From Intoshia linei (Eukaryota; Animalia; Orthonectida), in the NCBI GenBank assembly GCA_001642005.1, contig LWCA01000032.1, positions 8,357 to 72,356 on the forward strand: a stretch of 64,000 nucleotides of DNA, read 5' to 3'. Within the stretch, counting starts at the first letter, position 1. Each line of letters begins with the position of its first letter. A model generated the notes under the pieces. The model worked only from the letters and a program-made list of their open reading frames with translations. It searched no databases and was not told where the DNA came from. Of the stretch, positions 1 through 13,090 are shown piece after piece. The position numbers and the translations under genes are program-made.

Positions 1-120
1 ATTATTGTATATTATGATTGTTTATAAATTGTAGTACAACTGTTATGATAAGTTTCATGGTATAAATATGAAAAGTTAAATAAATAAATCTATATTTGTA
101 CAACAACAAAAAAATAAAAA

Positions 121-474
121 TTAAACATAATTAACGGCTCCACAAGTAATACATTCAAACATTTCTCCTAAAGATTCATTGTCAGAATTTAGAGTTTCAC
201 AGCGACAGCAAATTTTTTTATCATGGTCTTTTGAATATCCGTGTATAATGTCAATTGATTTTGAAATTTCTTGTTGTGTATTGGCGTCATAATTTCTTCG
301 AATTTTTTGGTTTTTACCAATAAGACTATAAGCGTCATTAATTTGTTTCATTCCGCTATCATCAATTTTAGATATTTTGTCTGGATGCATTTTCATGGCT
401 TTTTTGTAATAATTCTTACGTATTGTATTCATTGAATCACCCATCTCAGAATTTAACGTTTTATATGGGTCCAT
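121..474 (-). CDS. DNAJC24: DnaJ/J-domain plus CSL-type zinc finger protein (diphthamide biosynthesis DPH4 / DNAJC24-like), single exon
   Basis: MDPYKTL...YYKKAMKMHPDK...INDAYSLIG...RRNYD is a J-domain with the HPD motif. It is followed by CRC...ECITC, the C-terminal Zn finger of DPH4. First ATG is at 474 (the ORF track starts at an upstream TTG). Confidence 0.8.
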   Translation of the reverse strand: MDPYKTLNSEMGDSMNTIRKNYYKKAMKMHPDKISKIDDSGMKQINDAYSLIGKNQKIRRNYDANTQQEISKSIDIIHGYSKDHDKKICCRCETLNSDNESLGEMFECITCGAVNYV

Positions 475-686
475 TTTTATTAACAAGTTTTCAAATTTGA
501 GCGATAATGTATAACATTTTGAAAATGAAAAGGTTATTCTAAATTGTCAATTTATAATTCTGTATCATAGAAATTAATTTGTAATACTTCCTAAGGGTCT
601 TATTCAGTTAACCTCTTTGTAATTTTGAAACTATTTTATTGAACGTTGCAAAATAGTCTTGAATAAGAATTGATTCAAATTTTGAA

Positions 687-3600
687 ATGATTAAAATTGG
701 AAATTTTTTTTCCTCTGTTACTTGGAAACGAATACACAAATCACACGTAATATTTTACGTTTATATATGTTTCTAAAACTTTTGAGGCTGGATCTCGCAA
801 TAAATTAAAAAATGTATGTTTCCCTACGAAAAAAATGACATTTTTCACAAGCACTATACCAACTACTATGATAATAAGCCTTACTAGACCTGTAATCCCA
901 AAAAAATATTATTGTCTACACTCCTATCTGTATTGAAATATTTTTTTTTCATTATTTTTTAAAAAAATACGTTTTTAGTATTCTCTTTATGCGTATTCGA
1001 CTGCCGATTCATATGACCTGAATTATATTAAAAGGAACAAATTTTTAAGCAATATAGCTTGCAATGTTCCTTACCCTACAGGTAATATAGTACAATGTAA
1101 ATTGTACATTTGCAATGTAGAGCCGAACTTTACATGTCCGGGACCCTCGTCAGAGCCTCATTTCCAGTAATTATTATTTTAAATATAAGAGTGTCAAATT
1201 TAAACGTTTTGGACAAGTAGATAGGGAGTTGCGAATACGTTTTTAAAATCTATTTTTAATTTGGGATCGAGCATTGTCGGTTCGGCTTAGTCATATGGTG
1301 CTATATAGTAAAGTTTATTAGATATCAAATCTATAAATTTTATGGTAAAACCTACAGATAATACTAGTTTCAAAGACAGAGGGAATATTATATTTTTTAG
1401 GTAATTTTATTTACATTATATATTAGGCCTAGACCAGGGGTGCACAATGTACGGCCGTGGACAATACATCTGATCATAATGCAATATATCATTTTACTTC
1501 AAATTGAAAAGTTAAAATGAAATTTTATTCAAGGTCTATTTAGAATATTTTAATCAAAAAGTTACATTCTTGACTTTGCCCCAGTTTCTCAAATGTTAGC
1601 GAAGGGCACACAAAATCAAGGCAGTCACTTATATCTTTTTTATGTCATTATTAATATTTACATATTTTTTATATCTTCCACTTTAATGTATCAACAAATC
1701 GGTTTTTAATGGAACTTTTTTCTGTTGTCCAATTATTATTAATTATTTACCGAAAAATTAATGATTAATGTTTTTTCAAAAAAATATTAGTAAAAGGAGA
1801 TTTTTCAAATTTTTAATTTTAATTGAAAATTATTAATTAAAACTTGCTGATATTAAAATTTAAAGAAAACTATTTTATTAGACTATAAATTTAAGTCCAG
1901 AGTAAACTTTCTCAATGGCGGAGTAAATTTTGTGCGGCCGTAGTATCAATGAGAAAAGTAGAATTGTGGCTGAATTGGTGGAAATATTGTGCACCCCTGG
2001 CCTATACCATATCCGTCCAGAGTTATCCAATGGAGATTGATATTTTTTAAAACTAAAATTACTCAATTTCTAAACCCTGGTACATGATATATCATATATG
2101 GATTTGTATTGAATATTAGGGGGGCGTAATCGATACAAATGCTTTTATCGATAAATCATTTAAAAATCTAAACTAACATCACTGTACAGTAAAATAATTA
2201 ACTATGCTCTGATTTAAAAGAATTTTTCTCTAAATGGTGGTAAAAGTGGATTTTCTAAAAATTAATTTATAGAAAATAAATAATATATTGACAAGAATAT
2301 TTTTTTTGTTAAAAAAATTAAACGAAACATTTTTATCGATTGTCAGCACTATCGGAAAAGTTAATCCAATATACAATAAAATGGTCATTCATGAATCATG
2401 CTTTTCCATCAGGGTTAATAGATGAACAGTTATGGACTACTGGCTAAGAGTACTATGTAGAGTACAGAATAAATTTTATTAATAAAATTTGGATTCTACC
2501 GCCAATCACGAATAAAAATGTTAAATCGCATATACGCGTTTACGATCAAAAAATAAAAAAAATATGTATTTTTTGACTCATATCAATATGGGTTATTTAA
2601 ATTAGATAAATATTAGTCACATATAAAATATGCAGTATTTCAAATTGATTGAATGTTTAATGCTGTACTTTCAAATTGTTAACTTTTATAAATTATCTAC
2701 GATTAATTATCTATAAATTATAATTGATATCATTGTAATAATTCTTTGGCTAGGAATGGATCTGTCGTATTTTGGAATATTCGTAAAGACGTGGTAATTT
2801 ATGTTAATATTTAAATCTGTGTTTCCCAACCTTTCACTCAGGAAAATTCCAGGTCCACAAATGATCAAAAAATGACCTAACGGTCACAAATTACTTTTTT
2901 TTTTAAATAAATACTGAAATCAATCCTAAAATTTTAAAAAACATAAATTCTGGGACGCGTTTTAATATCATTAGTATTGTCGTAAATCTCAACCTCAGAA
3001 GGTTACATATTCATGTTCAAACCCCCAAATTAGGCGTTTTTTGAAAAATGAAGAAAGTTACAGCATTTTATAAGACATAAATTCTCGATATTTTTAAAAA
3101 TAATGAGCATTATCATAAATCACATCAAAAACTTAAAATCAATCTAAAAGGCGACTCTCGGCAGATCTCTACTATATATAGTATTGTAGTATTCAACAAA
3201 ATTAACATTACATTAACGTAAAGTTTTCATATTTCCAAGGCACCACAAAAATATCACGGCCCCATCAGTGGGTCTATACCCAACGTTAGGAATAACTGGT
3301 TTAAATTTAAATTTTCAATCAAAATTTTATATATTTTTGATTTAGAGAACCAAAATATTGTCTACTGTTATACATGAAGCGAGTGATTTTCCTTATAAAA
3401 AATGCATCAATGTCAAAGAAGCAGAACATTTTATCTATGAATACGATGGGTAATTTTACAATGGAGAAATTGAATTGATTAACTCCTAGTTCAGGAAATT
3501 CAAAGAATTTAGTTAACCTAAAAGACGGTAGAATTTATTTAAAAGATGCCGCAGAAAATGAAAAAATTCAAATAAATTTGAATTTAATCATTTATTGTCT

Positions 3601-4970
3601 CTCTGATGCTATATCCTTATCCGGTAATTGATAATTACAATTAATTCTCAAAATGTTACTTTTTAATCGTCTTTCTAGACACATTTCCACTTTTTTCTTT
3701 ACCAAAAATCTATATGGTACAACTGTCTGTTTTAATGTTAATTTAGTTAAACTATCTGTACTTGAGTCTCAATTAAGGACTTTTATCAAATCTATTGAAA
3801 ACGTAAAAAATGTAAATTACTTTTTTATTTATTTACAACTATCAATTGTCATAATCAAATTGTTATATTGATTAATATTTCAATATATTTTAGAATTTAA
3901 AAACATCTAAAAATATTGAAATTTCTAGAAGAAAAATCTTAATGAAGGCGGGAGAATTGTTAGATATTAGGTAATTTACAGTTGATTTACGACTTAAATG
4001 TACGTGTATGCCAGGGTTTTCAAAATTACTGTAAATATTGAACTACCTGATTAAATCACACATTTACAGTACACTCATTATTTATTATGTTTAGACATTC
4101 AACTAATCTAAATATTGATTTAATTGATTTACCAGATACGTATTGGGACAGACCTGTTTTAGAAAAATATTTTTTGACCATGAAATATCATCTCAATATT
4201 TCTCAACGGGTTAAAGTAAATTTATTTATTAATCATCTATAATTATAGAATCTATTGTAATAGATTATATATTGGCAGTATTTCTTAGTGGTAAGGAATG
4301 TCTAAGATGTTTAATAAATTATATATATTGCTTTCCAAAATAATGTGACACGGGACTAGTTTTTTTTTCATGTAACCAGTAAACTTTCAAACCCCAAAAA
4401 TGAACTACTTAATAATGTAATGGGGCTTACATGTTATAAAGAAAGTTTTATAGATACTTTTATATATAGTAATTAATTATAATAATAATATACAACGAAA
4501 TGCATTTCTTATGTAACCTTGTGGTTCTGTTACACTAATTTTGGAAACTAGCAGAAAGTATTCTAATTTTGAACCACTAAGTGATATTACATTGTAAAAA
4601 TACAGTATTCTCTCTATAACTCGCCATTCTTGGGATTTCGACAAAATTGGCGAGATATAGAATATAAAGTGCAGATAAAACCTTAAAATTAAAATTGTAA
4701 ATAAAATGCAATTTGCAATACAAATTGTAAAATTTAATACAAAATAACCTAACTTATTTTGAAAAATGATTTTAAAACTTTTAGTTTATATTTTAAATTA
4801 ATGGCGAGAATACTGTACTTGCAATTTTTAAAAAAATAATATTTCAGGTTATTAATGATAAAATGAACTACTGTACTGATATAATCGACCTTGCTAGAAG
4901 TCATTCTAATGACCAACATCATATTCGATTAGAAATTATGATTATTGTGCTAATTAGCATCGAAGTATGA
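687..4970 (+). CDS. RMND1: RMND1 / Sif2 (DUF155) mitochondrial protein, multi-exon
   Basis: Exons ~979-1081 (YAYSTADSYDL), ~1322-1400, ~2753-2793 (NGSVVFWN), ~3346-3449, ~3490-3622 (YCLSDAISLS), ~3748-3811 (VKLSVLESQL), ~3894-3970 (ILMKAGELLDIR), ~4094-4215 (NL..DLPDTYWDRPVLEKYF..LNISQRVK) and ~4848-4970 (VINDKMNYC...HHIRLEIMIIVLISIEV) match RMND1 motifs. The start at 687 and a possible extra last exon to ~5063 are tentative. Confidence 0.85.
1435..1999. mobile_element. hAT-type MITE (family A) in an RMND1 intron
   Basis: TIRs CAGGGGTGCACAAT / ATTGTGCACCCCTG; 8-bp TSD GCCTAGAC/GCCTATAC. A shorter related copy lies at 18646-18843. Confidence 0.85.
2817..3298. mobile_element. hAT-like MITE containing a fragment of the Helitron-like repeat
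   Basis: Imperfect TIRs CTGTGTTTCCCAAC / GTTAGGAATAACTG; 8-bp TSD ATTTAAAT/GTTTAAAT. Confidence 0.55.
4603..4815. mobile_element. Tc1/mariner/pogo-type MITE (TA target)
   Basis: TA|CAGTATTCTC...GAGAATACTG|TA with internal CTCGCCA/TGGCGAG repeats. A related copy lies at ~26883-27134. Confidence 0.7.
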
Positions 4971-5730
4971 TTTACAAAAATATGTATATTTATTACTGGT
5001 TTATTATAAATAGTTAGCAATTTTTTCATATTTATTTTCATTTTATAAATTAAAATTATTATGAATTCAAAATATTAGTTTAATAATTGTTTCATACATA
5101 ATACAATAATAATAATAAAAATTTTTTGTGTGGTCCGCGTAATAATTTTTTTTACATTTGGCCCACCAAGCAAATCGACACCCCTGATATATACAAATAA
5201 AAAAAATTGGATTGCTATATCCATTTTTTAATCTAGCGATTGCCAAACTTTTTTATCAGCTTTACTTGTCGGTAAAAAAATTTCAACCCGCTTTCCCATA
5301 TTTCTTAAAATCACCTATTGATTTAGAATAGTAGGTCTCATAATAATCGAGAGTATCATGACTAACTTTTATAATAGTTTCCTAATACTCTAACTTACTA
5401 ATAGTTAAATATTATCAAATATTCTTATCGTTATCAAATTTAATAATACATCGTAAATTTCTTGGTTCTCACTTTCACTATAAACATACGTGTATAACTG
5501 TAAATCCCTGGATTTTCCATATTTCATGCAAAAATTACGCCTTCTTAGGTGTATCATTAATCAAAATGGTAAACTGAAATAAAAATTTTTACTATAAACC
5601 CCCTTAAATTAACTTGGGCTTAGTTTGAAAACTTAATTAATTTATTTAAAAATTAATGATACATTTATTTATATACATATGTAGGTATTTATGGATATAA
5701 AATCATACATAGAGGCTATATACAGATAGT

Positions 5731-7592
5731 TTACAGATACAAATCAAAGTCAATCCTATCAACGGAATAAAAACTTGATCCAACTTTACGAACTTGAGCA
5801 GATTTTTTATTCAACTTTTTTGCAATTTCTTTCATCTCCAGTGTAGAAACTGGTCCAGAAATTGATTTGTCATTTTTATCCTTTTGATATTCCCACAACA
5901 CATCTAAATTGTCAAATAAACTATACATTTTATAATTTTGATATTAATTATACCTTCAATATCTTCAGTATTGCACTTTGTAGAATCAATTTTTCGCATA
6001 TAAGAATTTTCCAATGCTTCATATGTCATTTCATAAATATTATTCACTCCGTCCAAGAGTAAATCAGACACAATTCCAGTGATAGTTTCAAGAATTTTAG
6101 TAGACTCGGTTTTTTCTTTCGTTTTTTGACCAGATTTTTTAAGTTCAAGTTTTTCTTGTTTACTGAGTTTACCATATCGTCGAATTGCAGATGATACACA
6201 TTCTTTAGGCATTACATATTTCATCAATTGTTCATAAAAGGATACTCTATCAACAATGTATTCTTTCTCGTTATCTTTGTTTGCATCTATAACTTTTTGT
6301 AGCCTATTTTGATTTGTTTCAACCTTATTCCAATCAATATTATCCATCCAATTGTCTTCTATTTCCTAAATTATTTATTAATATTATTAAATTAATAGGT
6401 GCACTGGTTGAATATTATTTCATATTTACAATACCAAAGAGTAACGTGTAAAACAACCATTACATAATTAATAGATTGAAGATGGGACTTGAAAAGTACA
6501 TTTCCCGTTAAAATTTCAATTTGTTTACATTTCAGCACATTACACAATTACAAATGACAAAATTACATTTTGGAAAACAAATTGCAATTTGCAATCGAGT
6601 TTAAAATTACAACGCACAACGCTTTATTGATTGTAAAAAACAGTATTATACAAAAAAATGATAAGTCTGCGTTAAAAATTATCCAGTCTCACTTTCTTAA
6701 TGGTTTTTTATAGTTGAGTGCATTATTAATTTTATTGCTCATGCATTGTTAAAATTTTAAATCAGATTCATTACTGTCGGGTGATATCAACTAAAATTTA
6801 GTAAATAAATATTTTTTGTACATTATAGATGAATGAAATGCACATGATCGGTAGTGTTACGAGAATGGATACAATATTTTAAGACATTTTTATCAAAAAT
6901 GTTTCATCAATATCAACTAAATTAGCCCTTCTTATCGCCGGACCGTATATTTTTTACCGGTCTCGAAAAATATGTATAAAATTAAATTATATGAAATGTT
7001 TCCGAAAAATCGTCCTCAAGGGAGCAATTCGCCATCATTGAAAACCAGTATGAAATTTTAATATACGTTACTTGTCCACCAAAATATTTCTACTTTCATC
7101 GACATAAGTGAATACTTTGGGAAACGCTCAACTACACAATTTCTGTTTCTGAAGTATAATAAAACATACATCTTTTTTTACAAAGATAAAAGTTCCATTG
7201 GCATCAAAATAACCATCATCGCATTCATCTTTTAAATTAAATGGAGTAATTTTGATATCATCATATTGTCTGACACCAGTTTCTTCTTGTCCTAGAGAAT
7301 TTAAAATATAAATTAAAAGTTAAATCAAATTACCTAAATCAGCATCCAAATCATATCTTCCAATTTTTTCGTCTTGTTTTAATTTTTCTGATTCTTCTTC
7401 ATCACTATCAATAGTGTGCTTTTTGTCATTAATATCATTGTCTACGCAAAAATCCAAATCATTTAAATTTTTCTTTTTTTTCATAAAATTGTCCATTTGT
7501 TGAGTGGTAGGTAGTTGTGTAAATGTATTGTCATCTATGTTGCTGTTTTCATCTTGTTCATTTTCTCGTTCCTGTAATGTTCTTTTTGACAT
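5731..7592 (-). CDS. CD2BP2: CD2 antigen cytoplasmic tail-binding protein 2 / U5-52K (LIN1/Snu40 homolog)
   Basis: Exons 7592-7334, 7291-7170, 6365-5954 and 5903-5731. Motifs include KHTIDSDEEE, GQEE...KITPFNLKDECDDGYFDANGTFIF, DNWMDNIDW, GVNNIYEMTYE and a C-terminal DVLWEY...GP...RKV...FY...RIDFDLYL. Confidence 0.9.
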
Positions 7593-8842
7593 TTTAGATT
7601 GTTTATGTTTATTTCTAATGTTAAATTATTCAAATTATTTTAGAGTTTAGTTTTAAATTAAGTTTATTTTAATTTTATAGAATTAAATTAAATTAGAGGT
7701 CGCATGAGGAGTTTGATGAAATTAATCTTTCTCAATATAAAAAGGTTGATTTGCAAAAGCTTCCTTTAAAAACATCACAAAAATTTCTCTGCAATAATGA
7801 CAAAATTTGTGGATGTTTTTTGAGGAAGGACATTTTTTAATTATAATTATTATAATAACAAGATGGAAGTTTGTATTTTTAAAAATATCCAGAACAAACC
7901 TTAAAAATAAAGTATTTTCTACCAAAATAGCGTTAAATTACCAGGTAGCCTTTTTATTATATTTAAAAATAAATTCACGTTGAAAATCTAACTTAAAAAT
8001 CCTACTATTCACTATTATCGTAATAAAGGAGTAGTTCCCAAATTTGTTTCAGATGGAACCATCACATAACATTACTTTTTACTTTAAGGTGAATTATTCC
8101 ATCTTAATTTTTTGTTTTGTTAACATTTGCGTAAAGAATTTTAAAAACAATTGTTATCCCACTTTTTTAATTTATTAGACAGAATGTGTCTATAATACTA
8201 AAAATCAAGTAAAAATAGTCATAAATAGCATAAATTCCAGAAAAAATAAAATCATAAAAACTTAATTTGCCATTTTCAATGTGATATATATTCACTATAA
8301 TTTAATAAATACTTAAAAATACCAATTTTGTATCAATAATTATCCAAATCTTTACTTTATAGACATATTTCAATTGAACTTTACCAATATTGCAAAGGAT
8401 TGTAATATAAAAATAATATTAACAAAGTTGTTTTTTTTTGTATTTTATTCAAAATGTTTTGAAAATGAAAATTTGAAATTTAAAAATTGCGAAAGAATGA
8501 ATTATATAGATTTTCACCCATATATCTTCGACGTACAATATACATTTTTTTGAAAGGTTTTCATTGTAGGATCAATATTTACATTTTCAATTTTCAATTT
8601 GATTTTAATCGAAATATTTAAAAAATATTGGTTGATAATTATATTATAATATATTAAAAATTATTTTTCACCGGGAATGCGTAGATTTCTGGGATGGAAA
8701 TTTTGTATTTATATCAACTGGAATAAGGTCTATCAGAATAATTTTTTTTTTTNTGTATTTTATTCAAAATGTTTTGAAAATGAAAATTTGAAATTTAAAA
8801 ATTGCGAAAGAATGAATTATATAGATTTTCATTTATATTTCT

Positions 8843-10947
8843 TGTAATGAATTGCATATTTAAGATCAAAGATATAAATTTAATATTTAAAGTAAATTAT
8901 TTTCACGATAATGGATAAAGTCATAGTGACTAACTTTATTCATTAAACCTATTTTCCCTAATCTTCATCCCATCAAATTTTGAAGGTGGGATCCTTTTGA
9001 CCTATCTCTAAGTTTTATATATTGATTGCTGTTTGTGAAAGCGAATGTAAATTGGAGAAAAATTTTTATCAAAGATTTTTGTACTTTCTTATCAAAATTA
9101 TGTTTAACCCGTTCATTATGGATACATTTGGTTTTTTTATTTGTTGCTCCATGTGAACTCTTGTTATTACTATTTTTGAACACATATCGTATTTATCCTA
9201 ACACAATGGAGGATGGTAAAACTCCAATTTTTGCAAACTCGGTGGATCGCAATCCCATTAAAACATATGGGAGTTGTTCATCCCAATTATCTTCATTTGC
9301 TACAATTTTTAATTTTTCCCGAATTGTTCTATTGCACCGTTCTACCAATCCATTTTGCCGGTGTATATATGGTTCAGAATGAGTTTTAGATATTTTACAC
9401 AAACGGGACACTACCTCACCCTCAAATTGCTTAGCAGCGTCAAAATGCATTTTTTCTGAAGGGCCATAACGAGTTATAATACTCTTTATTAAACAATCTG
9501 CAATCGTTTGTGCATTAATGTTGGCAATAGCTTTAGCTTCCACCCAACCAGAGAAGTGATCACACATTACTAAAATGTATCTATTTAATTGTGCTGTCTC
9601 CGTTAATGGACCCAACAGATCTATTTGCCATAATTGATTAAAACGAGTGGACTCAACCTGTTTTAACTTATTAAAAAGTGTGTGGTTTCTGTGTTTGTTC
9701 TCGTTACATTTTATACATTTCAACACATATTCTTTAAAATCGCGATAAATATGTGACCAAAAATATTTCTTTCTAATATTTCGAAAGGTTTTAGTTATTC
9801 CTGGGTGGCAAAACATTAATGAGTCATAATAATATTAAATAATGTCTGTGATGTGACAATTCGGCACAATTAATAATAACCCTTAATAATAATAGCCCTT
9901 ATCATTATAATAAATTACATTTTCCTTTGTTATAATATTAGGTTTTATATAATTGTATTGTTTCGAAATCTCGTAACTTTTATTACATTGAATATATTTA
10001 TTTGCTAAACTTTTGTATTTTATCAAACCAACAGATGCCACCGCATCACGCGATAAAAGATCGGCTGTATAGTTTAATACTCCAGGTCGATATATTATGT
10101 CATAATTATAAATAATAAAATTCGTCTAACTTCAACATCCATCTAATCAATTCCATTGGTAAATTCTTTGACCGACGCATTTCAACAATTGGATTATGAT
10201 CAGTAATTATTTTGCAATATCGTCCTAAAATATATCTCCTGAAATGATTAGCTGCTTTACATACGGCAAACAATTCTTTTTTTGTGGTACTATAATTTTT
10301 TTCAGTGTCACTAAGTTTTTTACTGAAATATTCTACGACTTTGACACCCTGTAATAATACTGCACCAATACATACGTTTGAGGCATCACACTCCAAAAAA
10401 ATCCTTATTTATTACTGGCAACTTTAAGACGGAAGCTTTTTTCAATTATTTTTTAAGGAATTGAACGACTGTTGCTGTTCATCGCCTCACTTGAATTTTA
10501 TGCCTTTTTTTAACAACCTAGTTATTGGTTCAGTTAGTTCGGAGAAGTGTTTTATAAATGTAATCTAAATGTAAAATTCAACATCGCACATGCTGCCACA
10601 ATCAAGAACAATTTTCCCGTAGCATTTTAATTCTTGACCGTCAGCTCCTTTCAATGCTATATTAGTTTCAGTAATATCGGCATTACTAAATATTCTTTTT
10701 ACTATATTAATATTAATGCAGTTTATCTAAGATCCGGTATCATAGATAAATGAACATGTCTTATTTACGGTCTCTTTTATAGAACGAATTTTTCCTATAA
10801 CAATTCCTTCTATTCTGGACATTAGAAAAAATTTTTGAAAATAATTTGTAATGAATTAGATATCTAAGATCAAAGATATAAATTTAATATTTAAAGTAAA
10901 TTATTTTCACGATAATGGATAAGGTCATAGTGACTAACTTTATTCAT
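8843..10947 (-). mobile_element. Decayed Ty3/Gypsy LTR retrotransposon 1 (two ~100-bp LTRs; protease, RT C-terminus, RNase H and integrase remnants; no gag)
   Basis: Direct repeats 8843-8946 and 10847-10947 (TGTAATGAAT...ATTCAT; 4 mismatches counted). PPT-like GGGAAAATAGG abuts the 3' LTR on the minus strand. Protease FIYDTGS at ~10735-10755, RNase H ECDASN..IGAVL at 10106-10396, integrase WQIDLLGP...DHFSGW...QNGLVER at 9193-9816. In-frame stops are present. Confidence 0.9.
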
Positions 10948-13090
10948 TGTAACGTGTGAGACGAAATATAGTTATCGATCGAGATATCTGCTGTTAATAA
11001 AACCTAAGAGACAAGAAAGAGCAATATTTTATTTAAGTAGAAATATATTTATAAGTCTTGATAGTGTGTGATAATAGATTTGTCTTGTAACTATTCTAAT
11101 CTAAGTTAGTTTTAAATTAATATTAAATGATAGTAGAATATGTTACGGGTCCCCCCTGGGCGGTACCGGTGAGGTATTTTAAGTTTTTCTCTTGGTCGAA
11201 AACGAAGCATATTTTTGTTTGAGATAGGGTTATTGCTTTCATTTTGTGTATAATAACTGGGTTTTTTGATAGATTTTTTGTCATAATAAAATTTTATTCT
11301 CTGATTATGTTTTGTTTGATTATGTTTTGCTTTTTTGTTAGTATAATATCGGTTCAAATATGAATTTAGATCATATATCGGTAGTGACAGTTCTTTATAA
11401 AATACCATTAGCGCTGGTGAATATTTATGTTTTTCAGTAGGTGTGTTTACAATGGACATAAGTATCATTGGCAGCATTTTGTCCCAAATGTCTACATCTG
11501 TGTTGTAATTTGTTCTGATTTTGTCTCACAAAACACGATTTAATCTTTCTATTTTCCCCACTGAATTGTGCCGATAAGGTGTAATATTTGTTTTTATAAA
11601 TCCAGTGATTAAGGATAAATTCTTTATAATGTTCGATTCGTTTTGTGATCCGCAGTCAGTATGAATCTGTTTAGGTACACCATATCTGGATATTATGTTT
11701 TTTATAATAGCTTGAGCAGCTGAATCTGGTGTAACTTCATTTAACGCTATGGCTTCAGGCCATCCAGTATAGTGATCGATAATACTTAGTATGTATCGAT
11801 TATCTCCCTGCGTTTGTGGCAATGGACCTAGTACGTCCATTTCCCATAGTTCATTGAATTTATTAGTCTCAATTTGTCTAAGGGGACGGATATTACTTCT
11901 CCTTCACCCTTTTCCGGTATTACATTTATGGCATTGTTGCACCCATTCACTTATTTCTTTCGTCATACTGTTCCAAAAATACTCAGCTTGTATTAATTTA
12001 ATGGTTTTGTTTATTCCTGGGTGGCAAAATGCCTTTGGATCATGGAAAAATTTAACCATATGGACCTTTTTATTGGCTGGAACTAGAACTCGTTTTCCTG
12101 ATGCCGTTTGTACGCATATTAAATTGTCTTTCCTGGTAAATACTTGTACTTGGTGATCGGATTCGATTTTGGTATTAATTTATTTATGATTAGGTTTATT
12201 ATTATTTCCTTACAGTCATTATCTTGACTTTGAGCTAATTTCAAATCAAATGGATCTGTGTCATCAAGATTTATTCTGTTCACATTCTGATTTCGCTGAT
12301 CAATGGGATTTATTGATAGAAGATCCGCTGTGATATTATCTCGACCTTTCCTAGACTTGATTGTGAAATCAAAATCTTGTAAGCGTTGAAGATAACGGAA
12401 ATGTCTGCTGGTCCCACTTTTGAGAGATTTCAAATTTACTATCAGTTTATGATCAGTTATAATTTCAAAATGTCGACCTTGTAGGTATGGTCTAAACTTG
12501 TTAGTTGCCCAGTCTACAGCAAGAAATTCTTTATCGAATGTGCTGTAGTTGATTTAGGGTGGCTGTAATTTTTTATTGTCATATTGTATCACTTTATTGT
12601 CTTGTAATAGAATAGCCCCCATTCCGTAATCACTTGCATCTGTCTCTAAACTGAAAGTTTTATTTTTGTCTGGCAATGCGAGAAGAGGAGCAGTGGTAAG
12701 TTTTGTTTTCAAATTTTGGAAGGCGTTTTCGCAATCGTCGGACCATTTGAATTTACATCCTTTTTTAAGTAGATTTCGTAACGGAATTGTTGTGTCAGTT
12801 AAGTTTTGTATAAATGTTGGTGGTATAAACACACACCAAGGAATTTTTGTATTTTTTTGATTGTGTTGGGTGATGGTATTTCCAAAATAGCCTTGATTTT
12901 ATCTGGATCACACTGTATTCCATTTTTATTCACTATTTTTCCAAGGAATTTCACTCAATTTATTGCAATTTTACTATTTGTGGGACTTATCGTTAGACTG
13001 TGATTTTTCATGCGTTCTAATACCTTATCCAGTAATTGGTAATGTTTTTCATGAGTTTTTGAATCTATGATGATATCATCAACTACTTTA
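10948..13090 (-). mobile_element. Decayed, 5'-truncated Ty3/Gypsy LTR retrotransposon 2 (RT-RNase H-integrase plus 3' LTR)
   Basis: LTR 10948-11147 (TGTAAC...GTTACG) with PPT AGGGGGGACC at 11148-11157 on the minus strand. RT VVDDIII...KFLGKIV...DPDKIKAI (~12850-13090), RNase H ETDASDYGMGAIL, integrase MDVLGPLP..IDHYTGWPEA..HTDCGSQ..GKIERLNR. Frameshifts and stops are present. Confidence 0.9.

Noticed and set aside
8431-8831. ~85-bp direct duplication (8431-8516 vs ~8744-8831) next to the LTR element
   Set aside because: It spans the single N at 8753 and lies inside the Helitron-like repeat. It is most likely a scaffold-join artefact rather than a TSD or LTR.
9026-13003. Plus-strand ORFs 9026-9382, 11791-12156, 12666-12860 and 12806-13003
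   Set aside because: They are antisense to Gypsy pol remnants and have no independent motifs.
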